64,000 nucleotides of DNA, from the NCBI GenBank assembly GCA_001769805.1, contig MEPO01000027.1, positions 75,276-139,275 of the forward strand, in the 5' to 3' direction. The notes under the pieces are model-generated. The model did not search any database, was not told where the DNA came from, and saw only the letters and a program-made list of their open reading frames with translations. Of the stretch, positions 54,824-64,000 are shown one piece after another. Made by a program: the position numbers and the translations under genes. Position 1 is the first letter of the stretch. Each line of letters starts with the position of its first letter. The stretch is from Bdellovibrionales bacterium GWA1_52_35 (GTDB lineage: Bacteria; Bdellovibrionota; UBA1018).

Positions 54824-56418
54824 AACCCTTCTCTCCGCGGCATGCCATTCGCTGTGGAAGCCAAAGCCTCCGCCTGTTTAATCTTGGCTGTAAGTGCAGC
54901 CAGGGCGTTTCTTGCGCTGGATACAGATTCTTCCACCTGGGTGGCATGCCCCTGCAACGGGACAGTGGTGGTGAAATAAGCGTGATGAAATTTATGCGCC
55001 CTCTGGGTGGCCTGTCCGGCATCCACTGTGGATTTGTAAAGAGCTCCGTAAAAATATTCTTTATCCAGAATGCTGGGAGACCAGCGAAGGAAAGACTGAT
55101 TCAGGTTTCCGTCAAAAGCACTCCACTGTTTCGAAAAGGCGGCCCAAAGTTTTTTTTGGGCGGGATTCAGTTTCCCTTTTTTCAGTGCATTGTATTTGGA
55201 TATCGAAAGATTCAGATGGTCTTCGATTGTCTTCGCGAAAAGTCTGACTTCAGTCAGCTCAGTCTGGGCTTTTTCGCGCAAACGATCATGATACTCCTTC
55301 AGCCTGGCCGAGTAGCTTGCATCTTTTGCCCCCCCCAGAAAGTACTGCTTCACCGCAATGACCTTGCGTCCTTGTGGCAGAGAGGTCTGGGTTTCTGTCA
55401 GGCGATTCACTGTATCTGCCGTGGCTTTGCCGATCACGTCCCGGATTGCATCCATTTGCTGTTCGGCTTCCATTGCATAAACGATGTACTGCCCTCGCGG
55501 GATCATTTGTCCCTCCGAAAGCCGGAGGGGCTCTGTTTTCCCCAAACGCTTCAGCACGGTTCCCGTAGTCATCGCGAAAAACGATGTCTGGTTCAGCAGC
55601 GTGTCGGCTAAACCCACCACGAAAATATCAAATCTGGCCCCGTCCGGGAGATTGGAACTCAGATAAAAGGTTGGGGAAGAGGTATTTGTTTTGGAGAGTG
55701 CCAGAGCCACTTTCAAGGAATCCGGCTCCAACTTGGCAAGCGCGGCATTTTTCAGCTGCTCATAATCATCGGGACTGACATCGTTCAAAGAGGGTATGGG
55801 AGAAATCCATTGTCCCAACGCGGGAACTGTTTCAATGGCCTTCAGTAAATAGGGCTGTGCCGTCTCGGTCACCGTATTCATTCCGGCTCGCACTCCCGGG
55901 GAATTCAGAAAAGGATCAAGATAACCGAGGGTATAACCCAAAAATGTTCCCGTAATCCCAAGAAGAACCAGCAAAACCATGACAAGCCCGACAAAAGATC
56001 CCTTTTTTCTTGCATGCTTTGGCTCTTCATCCTGCTTGTATTTTGCTGACTCCGGGGACTCCGGGCGCTCCGGGGCTGCGGCAAGGACAATCTGAGGTTC
56101 CGGTTGTTGAGCCACAACGTTCTGAACGGGTTCCAAGACGATCGATCTGGAAATGGAAGGCTCGGCCAACTCTGCAGAACTTTGCGAATTAGCCTCGGTG
56201 AATGACTCTGGACCTGCCGTGGTGGCGAGCTTCACCAGCATTGAGAATGCAGGAATTTCAGCCATTGCCTTCCAATCCGGCATCCCGTCACACCAGACAA
56301 AATTCGTCGAGGTAATCTGGTGACCTTTTATCTTCGCTTCAATCTCAGCAAGCGCAAAAGGACCCTCGTGATGGTCACCGATGTAGACAAACCATTTCTT
56401 TTCATTATAGCCGTCCAT
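54820..56418 (-). CDS. DUF4339 (GYF-like) domain membrane protein with large C-terminal extracytoplasmic domain
   Basis: N-terminal 'WFVYIGDHHEGPFALAEIEAKIKGHQITSTNFVWCDGMPDWKAMAEIPAF' matches DUF4339. Pro/Glu-rich linker. One TM helix 'FVGLVMVLLVLLGITGTFLGY'. ~350-aa C-terminal domain. Start at the internal ATG at 56418. Confidence 0.65.
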   Translation of the reverse strand: MDGYNEKKWFVYIGDHHEGPFALAEIEAKIKGHQITSTNFVWCDGMPDWKAMAEIPAFSMLVKLATTAGPESFTEANSQSSAELAEPSISRSIVLEPVQNVVAQQPEPQIVLAAAPERPESPESAKYKQDEEPKHARKKGSFVGLVMVLLVLLGITGTFLGYTLGYLDPFLNSPGVRAGMNTVTETAQPYLLKAIETVPALGQWISPIPSLNDVSPDDYEQLKNAALAKLEPDSLKVALALSKTNTSSPTFYLSSNLPDGARFDIFVVGLADTLLNQTSFFAMTTGTVLKRLGKTEPLRLSEGQMIPRGQYIVYAMEAEQQMDAIRDVIGKATADTVNRLTETQTSLPQGRKVIAVKQYFLGGAKDASYSARLKEYHDRLREKAQTELTEVRLFAKTIEDHLNLSISKYNALKKGKLNPAQKKLWAAFSKQWSAFDGNLNQSFLRWSPSILDKEYFYGALYKSTVDAGQATQRAHKFHHAYFTTTVPLQGHATQVEESVSSARNALAALTAKIKQAEALASTANGMPRREGL

Positions 56419-56490
56419 TTTAAGCCACTTCTCCTGCCCATAGAGTGTAAGTGAAAAATTTCCGTGAATCAAATGTTAGCGCACGAAATA

Positions 56491-58347
56491 TCAGGCTTTT
56501 TTCGACTTGCTGATCATCTCAAGAATGCGCGCATCAATAAACGAGCCCCCTTCGCTCAAAGTCGCTTCGGCCTTCCTCAAAAGGACCTCAACCCGGCTCT
56601 GCATCTCCGAAACGTAAGCGGGGTCCCGAATATCTTTCAGATTGATGGAAACATTCCAGAGTGCGCCCCGAATACCGGCAAAAGCCATTTGCATCCCGAC
56701 CGCTGCATCCGTAATGGAATTGGGATTGCCCAAAGCAGAAACCTCTTTGGCCAGCAGCATGGCTTCAAAGCTCGCCTGAGCCGTACGCCAGGGAACATCG
56801 ATGGCGATCTTCATGCCCTGCTGCATCTGCAGAAGACGTCGCGCCTTTTCCTCGGGAGTACCCTGGGGCAGGCGTCGCGCTTCCATAAAGGCATTAAAAG
56901 CATTCGTATCGTCATCCACACCGGACAGAAGCTGATCCTTGAGGACCTGAGCCCGCTCAGCGATTCGGTTCAAGGCTGGATCCTTCTCTTCGGTTCCTTC
57001 CTTCCCATGGGTCAGATTTGCGACCATTGAGGCGAGCGAGGCACCCAGTGCTCCCGCCAAAGCGGCAATAGAACCTCCGCCCGGTGCTGGAGTATCCCTG
57101 GAAACCTCGTCGGCCAAAGCGCGAACGGGCATTTGGACGAGTGCGTTTTGCGCATCAACCGGGAGACCAATGAGTTTTTTCTGCATGTCGAAAGGAGCGA
57201 TATCCGCCAGACCCATGGAAAACACGGCGGTGCGGAGGATGTCCTCAACAGGAATGCCCAATGCCCGCCCTTGCTTCTGGAGATAGAATTTTCCCGACTC
57301 CAGCAAAGCCGGATACGGAACCAAGCCGACGATTTCACTTCCGGTGACCACCAGCCCACGTTCAGCCGCAAGCTTCCGGGCTTCTTCCAGAACGGCATGA
57401 GCAGGGGTGATTTTGTAGTTCGTCAGATTGATTGAAATTTGTGCTCTTTTGAATTCGTCGACATACCAGCCAATGGCTTTACATTCCTTGAATTTGCCTG
57501 GGCGAAATACGTTTTTGCCGGAGAGCTGAGCAGGATCGATTTCGTTCGCCTGCAGAAGCGCCCCAAGGTCATAGGAATGGCTCTGGGTGCAATGATCTGA
57601 AATTTCCGGATAGGTTTTGCCAACGAAGGAACACGAACCACAGGGAAAGGCCCCGGGTGCATAGGCCAATTTCGTGCCTTTGAAGTAGTAAGGATGAATG
57701 CGGCCGGCTCGAGCCACTCTGCCTTTTTCGCGGAGTTCAAAGGCAATATCGGTTGCATGTTGCTTGTCACTGGAATTCAGGGTGATGTTGTAGGCAATCA
57801 GGAACTCCCGTGCGCCGATTACGGTTGCACCGGAGCGGGAATTCAGCTTTGCAGGTCCGAAATCGGGATGCCAATGCGGATCGCTTAATTTTTTATCCAA
57901 GCCTTCGTATTCACCGCGACGGATATCCGCCAGATTTTTTCGTTCAGGATTCGAAGCCGCAGCCTCATACAGATAAACAGGAATTCCAAGCTCCTCACCG
58001 ACTCTCGCACCCACCTGCCGCGCGATTTCCGCGCATTCAGCCATGGTAATGCCTTGAACCGGGACAAAAGGGCATACATCGGTGGCGCCCATTCGGGGAT
58101 GCGCACCTTTATGCTGGGACATATCGATCACCTGAGCGGCGCGCGCGATGCCTCGAAAGGCCGCTTCCGCGACTGCGTCGGGATTTCCGACAAAGGTCAC
58201 CACTGTACGATGAGTATCCGCACCCGGTTCAACACTCAAAAGACGGATACCCGGAACCGAGGTGATCGCATCGGTAATTTGTTGGATTTTAAAGGAGTCG
58301 CGACCTTCTGAAAAGTTGGGGACGCATTCGACTATACGCTGGGACAT
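56491..58347 (-). CDS. ftcD: bifunctional glutamate formimidoyltransferase / formimidoyltetrahydrofolate cyclodeaminase (FtcD-like)
   Basis: N-terminal 'IVECVPNFSEGRD' (formiminotransferase N-subdomain signature). C-terminal all-helical cyclodeaminase domain ('...GGGSIAALAGALGASLASMV...'). Confidence 0.8.
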   Translation of the reverse strand: MSQRIVECVPNFSEGRDSFKIQQITDAITSVPGIRLLSVEPGADTHRTVVTFVGNPDAVAEAAFRGIARAAQVIDMSQHKGAHPRMGATDVCPFVPVQGITMAECAEIARQVGARVGEELGIPVYLYEAAASNPERKNLADIRRGEYEGLDKKLSDPHWHPDFGPAKLNSRSGATVIGAREFLIAYNITLNSSDKQHATDIAFELREKGRVARAGRIHPYYFKGTKLAYAPGAFPCGSCSFVGKTYPEISDHCTQSHSYDLGALLQANEIDPAQLSGKNVFRPGKFKECKAIGWYVDEFKRAQISINLTNYKITPAHAVLEEARKLAAERGLVVTGSEIVGLVPYPALLESGKFYLQKQGRALGIPVEDILRTAVFSMGLADIAPFDMQKKLIGLPVDAQNALVQMPVRALADEVSRDTPAPGGGSIAALAGALGASLASMVANLTHGKEGTEEKDPALNRIAERAQVLKDQLLSGVDDDTNAFNAFMEARRLPQGTPEEKARRLLQMQQGMKIAIDVPWRTAQASFEAMLLAKEVSALGNPNSITDAAVGMQMAFAGIRGALWNVSINLKDIRDPAYVSEMQSRVEVLLRKAEATLSEGGSFIDARILEMISKSKKA

Positions 58348-58421
58348 AGATTCATTCTCCGAGAAATGATCCTATTCCCCGCCAGAACCTGCGTCAAAGC
58401 CGTTCTTTTTGCCAGCCCGGG

Positions 58422-59426
58422 TCAAGCCGTTTTTTTTTCGCTTTGCCCTGAGTCATTTTGATTTTCGAGCTGCTCTTTCAGCTTCTGCATCAGACCGAGA
58501 TGAGCGATGACACTCGTCTTCAGCACTGTCACATCCGCATTGAACTTGCGCGCCAGGTCTGGAAATATCCGAGTACCCTCGCCGCCTTTTCCGTCTGAGC
58601 ACAAGGGGTCCAGCATGACTTCAATATCAGAGAGCTGCTCCTCAAAAAGCCGAAACCCATTCAGCTTCAACCCGGCTCCTTCACCCGCGGAGGCTTGCTC
58701 CATCTGTTCTGCCTGGGAGCAAACGGCAAGTCTGAGCGATTTCACGGTGGCCCGAACATCATAGAGGTGCTCACGGAGATAGATCAGTTCTTCCCGTGTT
58801 TGCACCGTGTGAGTTGCCAGCCCGTGAGCATCTTTCACCAAGTCCCGGAGTGCGCCTCCAAGCTGGGTAATGGCCACCTTGGATTCAGTAAGCCATTCCC
58901 CGTATTCGGGGCCGACAGCCGTCCTTTCCTTGGGTTTCGGAAGGACAGAAGGGGCGAACAAATACAGGCAAATGAAAAAAATCGAAAACAGGATAAAGAC
59001 GCTCAGATCATTTCCAAACTCAGAATTCGAGCCCAGAAAACCGCGGTATCCCAAGTTGATGCGCACCCGAAAACCCTCTCCGTTTTCAGGCTGGGCAACT
59101 TTTCCGTAATCCAAAATCCGGTTCTCTGCCCGAAAAGTCTCTATCGGCCCACCGGGTGCCCGCTGATATTTTGAGATTTTCATGGTGCGGGGTTCAACCG
59201 CCTGACTGAGAAATCCGATGGCCCAGCCCGCAGGGTCCGGTTTCCCTTGAGAGCGCCCATCAATCGCGAGTCCTTCAGCCTGCACGGCGATTTGGCGAGC
59301 CCACTGGAGCGCCTCATTATTCTGGTGCTCCAGGCTTCTGGAAAGATCCCAGGAATAAACCCCGGCCGTCATGACGGTCGCAAGTATCAGGCTGGCAATG
59401 ATCTTAAAGCGGGTAATCACACTCAT
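58422..59426 (-). CDS. hypothetical membrane protein (N-terminal TM, central TM, coiled-coil C-terminus)
   Basis: TM helices 'IIASLILATVMTAGVY' and 'LSVFILFSIFFICLYLFAPSV'. No recognisable domain. Confidence 0.5.
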   Translation of the reverse strand: MSVITRFKIIASLILATVMTAGVYSWDLSRSLEHQNNEALQWARQIAVQAEGLAIDGRSQGKPDPAGWAIGFLSQAVEPRTMKISKYQRAPGGPIETFRAENRILDYGKVAQPENGEGFRVRINLGYRGFLGSNSEFGNDLSVFILFSIFFICLYLFAPSVLPKPKERTAVGPEYGEWLTESKVAITQLGGALRDLVKDAHGLATHTVQTREELIYLREHLYDVRATVKSLRLAVCSQAEQMEQASAGEGAGLKLNGFRLFEEQLSDIEVMLDPLCSDGKGGEGTRIFPDLARKFNADVTVLKTSVIAHLGLMQKLKEQLENQNDSGQSEKKTA

Positions 59427-59525
59427 CCAGTGGACCTATCGGTTAAACCCTTGATTTACTTAAGGACCCTTAAATGCGGCGCATCAGGTAATTGACTCTG
59501 GCTTTTATGCGTAGCGGCATGTAGG

Positions 59526-59765
59526 TTGACCCCAATTATGGCCGATTTATTTCACAAAAGCCCGTCAGTCGGGAGCGTAATTAAGAAGCTTCTCGCCATC
59601 AACCCGGACTTAGACACTTCTCAGCTGATCGATATGGTCAGGCGGTCGACCTATAAATTGGGCGGAGATAATAATGAATTCGCAAATTCCGAATTGATCA
59701 ATGAAGAACAGGTGCTGAGCCTGGCTCGCGCAACGCTACGGCGAGAGAACAACGCTAATCTTTAA
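59526..59765 (+). CDS. small hypothetical protein
   Basis: 79-aa ORF. Coding potential plausible but unsupported by motifs. The 3' end overlaps lolA convergently. Confidence 0.3.
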   Translation: MTPIMADLFHKSPSVGSVIKKLLAINPDLDTSQLIDMVRRSTYKLGGDNNEFANSELINEEQVLSLARATLRRENNANL

Positions 59766-60393
59766 TCCGGTCCGTATTCGGTGGCGGGTTGAACGTAAAA
59801 TATTCATCCCCCAGGGGTTTACCCAATTCGATATTGCTCAGCGTGATCTCAGACCGGTTACCGCCTTCATTCTCAAGGGTCACTTTCGTGATCAACTTCT
59901 GGTCGGCATCCACCTGGATCTGAGCTTTGCGGACGGTTCCGGCGGTGCCCTTCTTGGGTACGAGCGTGAACCGCGTTTCGGATTCCTGCTTGATCGACAT
60001 CCCTTTGGCTTTGGAAAAAGAACCCGAAAGCAAAGCCTGTGCGAGCTGGGATTGGACCTGCGCTGATTTGCGCTCAATCACCTGACCATGCTCACCTTCA
60101 TCAAAAGGCGGCGTATAGAACCAGAATTTGCGCCCATCGCTGATCATCAGATTCATATCCGAACTGGGCTTCAAAGTTTCCCAGCGCACTTTGTTTGGAC
60201 GCCGGATGCGAATGAAACCGGAGGTGGTCGTCTTCTTGCCGAAAGTTGCTGACGTGTTTTCCTGAACGAACTCCACTTCAAGAGTAGCCTTCTGGGTGTA
60301 CTTTCGCTCAATTTCCTGCAGAAGCTTCGGTAATTCCGCCGCAAACACGTTTTGCAAAAAGCAGGCAATGAAGAAAAAGATTATCGTTCTCAA
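59755..60393 (-). CDS. lolA: outer-membrane lipoprotein carrier protein LolA
   Basis: Signal peptide 'MRTIIFFFIACFLQNVFA'. 'LEVEFVQE...RPNKVRWE...DG...WFYTPP' LolA beta-barrel pattern. Confidence 0.8.
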   Translation of the reverse strand: MRTIIFFFIACFLQNVFAAELPKLLQEIERKYTQKATLEVEFVQENTSATFGKKTTTSGFIRIRRPNKVRWETLKPSSDMNLMISDGRKFWFYTPPFDEGEHGQVIERKSAQVQSQLAQALLSGSFSKAKGMSIKQESETRFTLVPKKGTAGTVRKAQIQVDADQKLITKVTLENEGGNRSEITLSNIELGKPLGDEYFTFNPPPNTDRIKD

Positions 60394-60399
60394 TCTACC

Positions 60400-63300
60400 T
60401 CAGCGCATCTCGATGGAGATCATTTTTGAAACTCCCGGTTCTTCCATTGTAACACCGTAAAGGGTGTCATTGAGTTCCATTGTCTTTTTGTTGTGAGTGA
60501 TCAGAATAAACTGACTCTTAGCCGCCATCTCGCGTAGAAGCGCGTTGAATTTGCCGATATTCGCGTCATCCAAAGGCGCATCGACCTCGTCCAACACGCA
60601 AAATGGTGAGGGCTTGACCATGAAGATCGCAAAAATCAGGGAAACCGCGGTCAACGCTTTTTCGCCGCCCGAGAGCAAACCGATGTTCACGATTTTTTTG
60701 CCCGGAGGTTGGGCCAGAATGTCCACGCCTGCTTCGAGAATATCATGGCTTCCTTCGGGGTAGACGAGTGAAAGCTCAGCATAGCCGCCGCCAAAGATGA
60801 TCGGGAAGAGACGCTTGAAGCGATCCGCAATGGCTTCGAAGGCTTTGCGAAAGCGCTCTTCGGATGTTTTGTTGATGTGCTCGATCGCGGCTTGGAGATT
60901 TTCCAGGGACTTGTCCAGATCCGCTTTTTCCGTCAAGAGGCTGTCATACCGGACCTTCAGCTCTTCGTACTCTTCGATTGCCATGACGTTCACTTCGCCC
61001 AGCTTGCGAATACGATCACGAAGCCATTCGACTTCCTGACCCAGCGCCTGTTCTTCCTCAGCTGTCATTTCAGCCGTGATCACTGGTTCAGTCATTTCCT
61101 CCTGAACCGGGACAATGGTCGTCTGATCAAGGCAGCCTTGGCCGTATTTCTCCTCAAGATTCTGAACCAGGTGCGAAAGGTCGGAAGACAGCTTTTCGAC
61201 TTCGAGAGCGATCTGATTGGCGTTGGTGGACTTTTCGTCACCGGTTTTATGAAGTTCCTTGATGAGATCCAGGGCAGCATTCACTTTTGCGCTCGCGGTT
61301 TCAATCCGGTTTTTCACAACCGCAAGGTCCCCGCGCCCGCTGGCCAGTGCCAGGGAAAGCTCTTCAATCTTGACTGCCAACTCCTCTTCGCCACCGGTGA
61401 ACTGCTCTTTTTCCTGGGTCGCGCGTTCCAAGGTGCGCTGAATATCCGCCAGTCGTCGCTGACGATCAGATACGACGGTACGGCCGGTTTCCAGTTCACG
61501 CTTCAGGGAAGTTGCGCGTTCACGGATAGAGGCTTCTTCAACCCGAAGGGTCTGCTGTGCGCCTTCCTGCACCTGTACCTCAGAATCACGCGTCACCAGT
61601 TCGGTTTCACCCGCTTCGATGGCCGCTTCCAGAGCGCCGCGAGCCGCTGTGATCTCGTTCAAGCGATCTTCAATTTTAGCGCGTTCTTCGCGGGCCCGGA
61701 GTTCTTCGGATCGGGCTTCGTCCATCTCGGATTCAAGGTTCCTGAGCTGCTGCTCAAGATCTCGCTGTGTGCGCGCATTCTGGTGCACATCGCGCTCATA
61801 GCCTGCGGTCTGGACCTGAACTTCCTGAAGCTCGGTTTGGAGAGACTGGCAGGTACTGCGGATTTGCTCCAGCTTGCCGTGGGCAGTCGTATAAAGTGCC
61901 TCGGCTTCACCCTGCAATTGTTCCGCTTCGAGGACTTCTTCCTGCAGACTGGTGATAGCGCGCTTGCGGGTAATGAGCATGGCGCTGCTGTCGTTTTCGG
62001 TGCTGCCGCCACGCATGACGTAACCGGATTCCACGATGTCCAGCGTGCTTCCATCCATGCTGACCATGGACCAGATTCCCAGATTCAGGGCGCCGCCTTC
62101 TTCGATGAATTTTGCGATCTGGTCAAAAGAGCGGACGACCACGACATTCGCGATGATCGCGCCGGCCATTTCCTGCAAACCCTTGCTCAATGCAGTGTTG
62201 ATCTTGGCGAACTCAGAAAGTTCTCCCACGATTTCGAAACCGGCATTGTCCAGAAGATCGCAAACCTGCTTGAAAGCACCTTTTAAAGATGGATTAGTCC
62301 CACCAACTTGAATGGCAACCCGGCCCTGCTTGTTTTCCCGGATCTGACTGAGAGCCTCAGACGCGATCGAAGCATCTTCGGCGAGCAGGCTTTCGAGACG
62401 ACTTTCGAGCCAACCCTGAATGGCTGAATCAAAGCCTTCTTTCACTTCAAGGGTATCTGCAAGAGTCAGAAGCTGCTTGCTCTTTCCATTATTCCTGGCC
62501 CATTCAAGTGCGGCCTTGGGTCCGTCAGCCAGACCTTCATAGGCAGCAGCAAGTTCTTCCAGGCTCTGCAGCTTTGACTTGAGCTGGAGGGTGCGGTTCA
62601 TGGCTTCTTCGCGACCGTCTGCCAGTTCACGAATGGCAGAGTCGTTTTCGCGGAGTAAAGCGGTTTGCTCGTCCAACTCACCTTTCAACCGCTCACGCTT
62701 TCGCTTGAGCTCTTCAAAAATAGAGAGGGTCTTTTCGGATTCTTCGCGAGTCTCCGCGATCCTTTCTCCCAGCTGTTGAGACTGCTGAAGAAGACGTTCG
62801 ACCTGGGCATGTGCGGATTCCGTCCGACTCAGGAGAGAGGCGGCACGGGAGGTAAGATCCGAGCTCTGGGTGACCCCGTTCATGAGATCACGTTTGGTTG
62901 CTTCAAGTTGCTGACGGGTCGCCTGGGCTTCCTGGCGCAAACGCCGGACGAGTTCGTCCTGTTTCTGAACTTTATGGGCAGCCTCCTGGAAGACACGGCC
63001 CGAATCTTCGACTTCAGCCTCATGACCGGCAAGCCGTTCACGCTCCACTTCAATGGATTCTTCCAGCTGCTGCTTCTCAGAATCCAGGGCAGAAAGCTGA
63101 GAAGACAGGTCACCTTGGCGACGCCTGGAGAGATCCAGTGCACTCTGTTCACGGGTCAATTCATCCGAGAGCTGCTGCAACTTGGTCTGAAGTTCTTCTG
63201 CAAGCTTTGTATTATGGAGCTGCTCAATGCGGTCTACTTCGATCGCGTTCTCGGCAGTTTGTAGTTCCGCGCGCAAGCCTACAAGTTCCTGCTCCAGCGC

Positions 63301-64000
63301 CTGCTTATGCTGCAGAATGCCCTCGAGCTTCTGGCGAAGAACCTGGCTCTTGCGCCGACCCCAGGTCATTTCTTTGTCGAGAAGTTCATCCTTATATTTT
63401 TTGTAAAGACGTGCTTTCTGGGCCTGACGCTCGAGTGAACCAAGGTTCCTTTCGATTTCCTGAATGACATCATTCAGGCGCGACATGTTGGTCTGCGTGG
63501 CTTCGATTTTCCTGAGGGATTCTTTTTTGCGGGCTTTGTATTTGGCGATCCCGGCGGCTTCTTCAATCAGGAGCCGGCGCTCTTCAGGTTTGGCGTTGAC
63601 GATTTTTCCGATCTGTCCCTGCTCAATAACGGAGTAACCTTTGGCACCGACGCCGGTGTCCATGAAGAGTTCCTGGATATCTTTTAGACGGGCGGTAACA
63701 CCGTTAATGAAGTACTCACCTTCGCCACCGCGATAGAGCCGCCGGGTGACGGAAATTTCTTTGGTCTTCAGATGAATGGGAACATCTGTCGCCGTAGCGC
63801 CGGAAGGTAGCGCATCAGGATCGATGACATCGGTTTCCATGACCATGGTCGCTTCGGCCATGCCCAGAGGGGAGTACTTGGAGCTGCCGTTGAAGATGAG
63901 ATCTTCACTGCCGCTTCCGCGCATGTGCTTGTAGGACTGCTCTCCCATGACCCAGAAGAAGGCATCGACAATATTGGATTTTCCGCAACCGTTGGGTCCA
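60400..64000 (-). CDS. smc: chromosome segregation protein SMC (5' end of gene lies beyond the window end)
   Basis: C-terminal 'LSGGEKALTAVSLIFAIF...PFCVLDEVDAPLD' (ABC signature/Walker B). Long coiled coils. Hinge 'GYVMRGGS'. Reading past the track ORF's first M gives the Walker A 'GPNGCGKSNIVDAFFWV' at 63949-64000, so the N-terminus is truncated by the window. Confidence 0.9.
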   Translation of the reverse strand, partial: GPNGCGKSNIVDAFFWVMGEQSYKHMRGSGSEDLIFNGSSKYSPLGMAEATMVMETDVIDPDALPSGATATDVPIHLKTKEISVTRRLYRGGEGEYFINGVTARLKDIQELFMDTGVGAKGYSVIEQGQIGKIVNAKPEERRLLIEEAAGIAKYKARKKESLRKIEATQTNMSRLNDVIQEIERNLGSLERQAQKARLYKKYKDELLDKEMTWGRRKSQVLRQKLEGILQHKQALEQELVGLRAELQTAENAIEVDRIEQLHNTKLAEELQTKLQQLSDELTREQSALDLSRRRQGDLSSQLSALDSEKQQLEESIEVERERLAGHEAEVEDSGRVFQEAAHKVQKQDELVRRLRQEAQATRQQLEATKRDLMNGVTQSSDLTSRAASLLSRTESAHAQVERLLQQSQQLGERIAETREESEKTLSIFEELKRKRERLKGELDEQTALLRENDSAIRELADGREEAMNRTLQLKSKLQSLEELAAAYEGLADGPKAALEWARNNGKSKQLLTLADTLEVKEGFDSAIQGWLESRLESLLAEDASIASEALSQIRENKQGRVAIQVGGTNPSLKGAFKQVCDLLDNAGFEIVGELSEFAKINTALSKGLQEMAGAIIANVVVVRSFDQIAKFIEEGGALNLGIWSMVSMDGSTLDIVESGYVMRGGSTENDSSAMLITRKRAITSLQEEVLEAEQLQGEAEALYTTAHGKLEQIRSTCQSLQTELQEVQVQTAGYERDVHQNARTQRDLEQQLRNLESEMDEARSEELRAREERAKIEDRLNEITAARGALEAAIEAGETELVTRDSEVQVQEGAQQTLRVEEASIRERATSLKRELETGRTVVSDRQRRLADIQRTLERATQEKEQFTGGEEELAVKIEELSLALASGRGDLAVVKNRIETASAKVNAALDLIKELHKTGDEKSTNANQIALEVEKLSSDLSHLVQNLEEKYGQGCLDQTTIVPVQEEMTEPVITAEMTAEEEQALGQEVEWLRDRIRKLGEVNVMAIEEYEELKVRYDSLLTEKADLDKSLENLQAAIEHINKTSEERFRKAFEAIADRFKRLFPIIFGGGYAELSLVYPEGSHDILEAGVDILAQPPGKKIVNIGLLSGGEKALTAVSLIFAIFMVKPSPFCVLDEVDAPLDDANIGKFNALLREMAAKSQFILITHNKKTMELNDTLYGVTMEEPGVSKMISIEMR

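Noticed and set aside
60877-62286. 469-aa plus-strand ORF
   Set aside because: Antisense to smc. The low-complexity product is typical of reverse-frame translation of coiled-coil coding sequence.
1-64000. Search for rRNA, tRNA, CRISPR repeats, IS/transposase genes, integrases and phage genes
   Set aside because: No direct repeat arrays, no transposase/integrase-like ORFs and no cloverleaf-sized conserved intergenic segments were seen. Intergenic gaps are mostly under 100 bp. The window appears to be core chromosome rather than a mobile island.

Overview
This 64 kb window is compact, gene-dense bacterial chromosome with almost no non-coding space; I found no rRNA, tRNA, CRISPR array, IS element or prophage in it. 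The gene content suggests a Bdellovibrio-like predatory (Bdellovibrionota/Myxococcota-type) genome: about 50-55% GC by eye, many secreted hydrolases, many PilZ and GGDEF proteins, a Tad pilus, an RqcH homolog, and gap-pgk-tpiA. This is an inference only. The dominant feature lies at positions 16-14819, entirely on the minus strand. It is a translationally coupled super-operon that places a Tad/Flp (type IVc, 'Kil-like') pilus machine directly downstream of a regulatory module. The pilus genes are two Flp pilins, a prepilin peptidase, three TadE-like pseudopilins, CpaB, a secretin, and an unusual CpaE-CpaF fusion ATPase. The upstream regulatory module comprises a histidine kinase, a REC/PilZ-like regulator, a DUF192 protein, three membrane-spanning FHA-domain proteins (with TPR or PAS domains), and a PP2C phosphatase. 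No Hanks-type Ser/Thr kinase is present in the window. The TadB/TadC platform genes are expected just left of position 1. The remainder is mostly housekeeping (glk, ftsK, cca, rqcH, rlmI, rlmL-like, elbB, murJ, xth, orn, dCMP deaminase, fusA, secG, tpiA-pgk-gap, ftcD, lolA, smc) and accessory genes. The accessory genes include a secreted M4 protease, a signal-peptide-bearing ABC1/UbiB-type atypical kinase, and an M1 aminopeptidase-like lipoprotein whose catalytic Glu residues appear replaced. They also include a biotin-carboxylase-plus-biotinyl-domain homolog whose catalytic residues and biotinyl lysine appear replaced. A c-di-GMP neighbourhood carries a REC protein, a PAS-GGDEF cyclase, small ORFs, and two tandem PilZ proteins translationally coupled to a DUF4339 membrane protein. 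The many long ORFs antisense to real genes are rejected as spurious.
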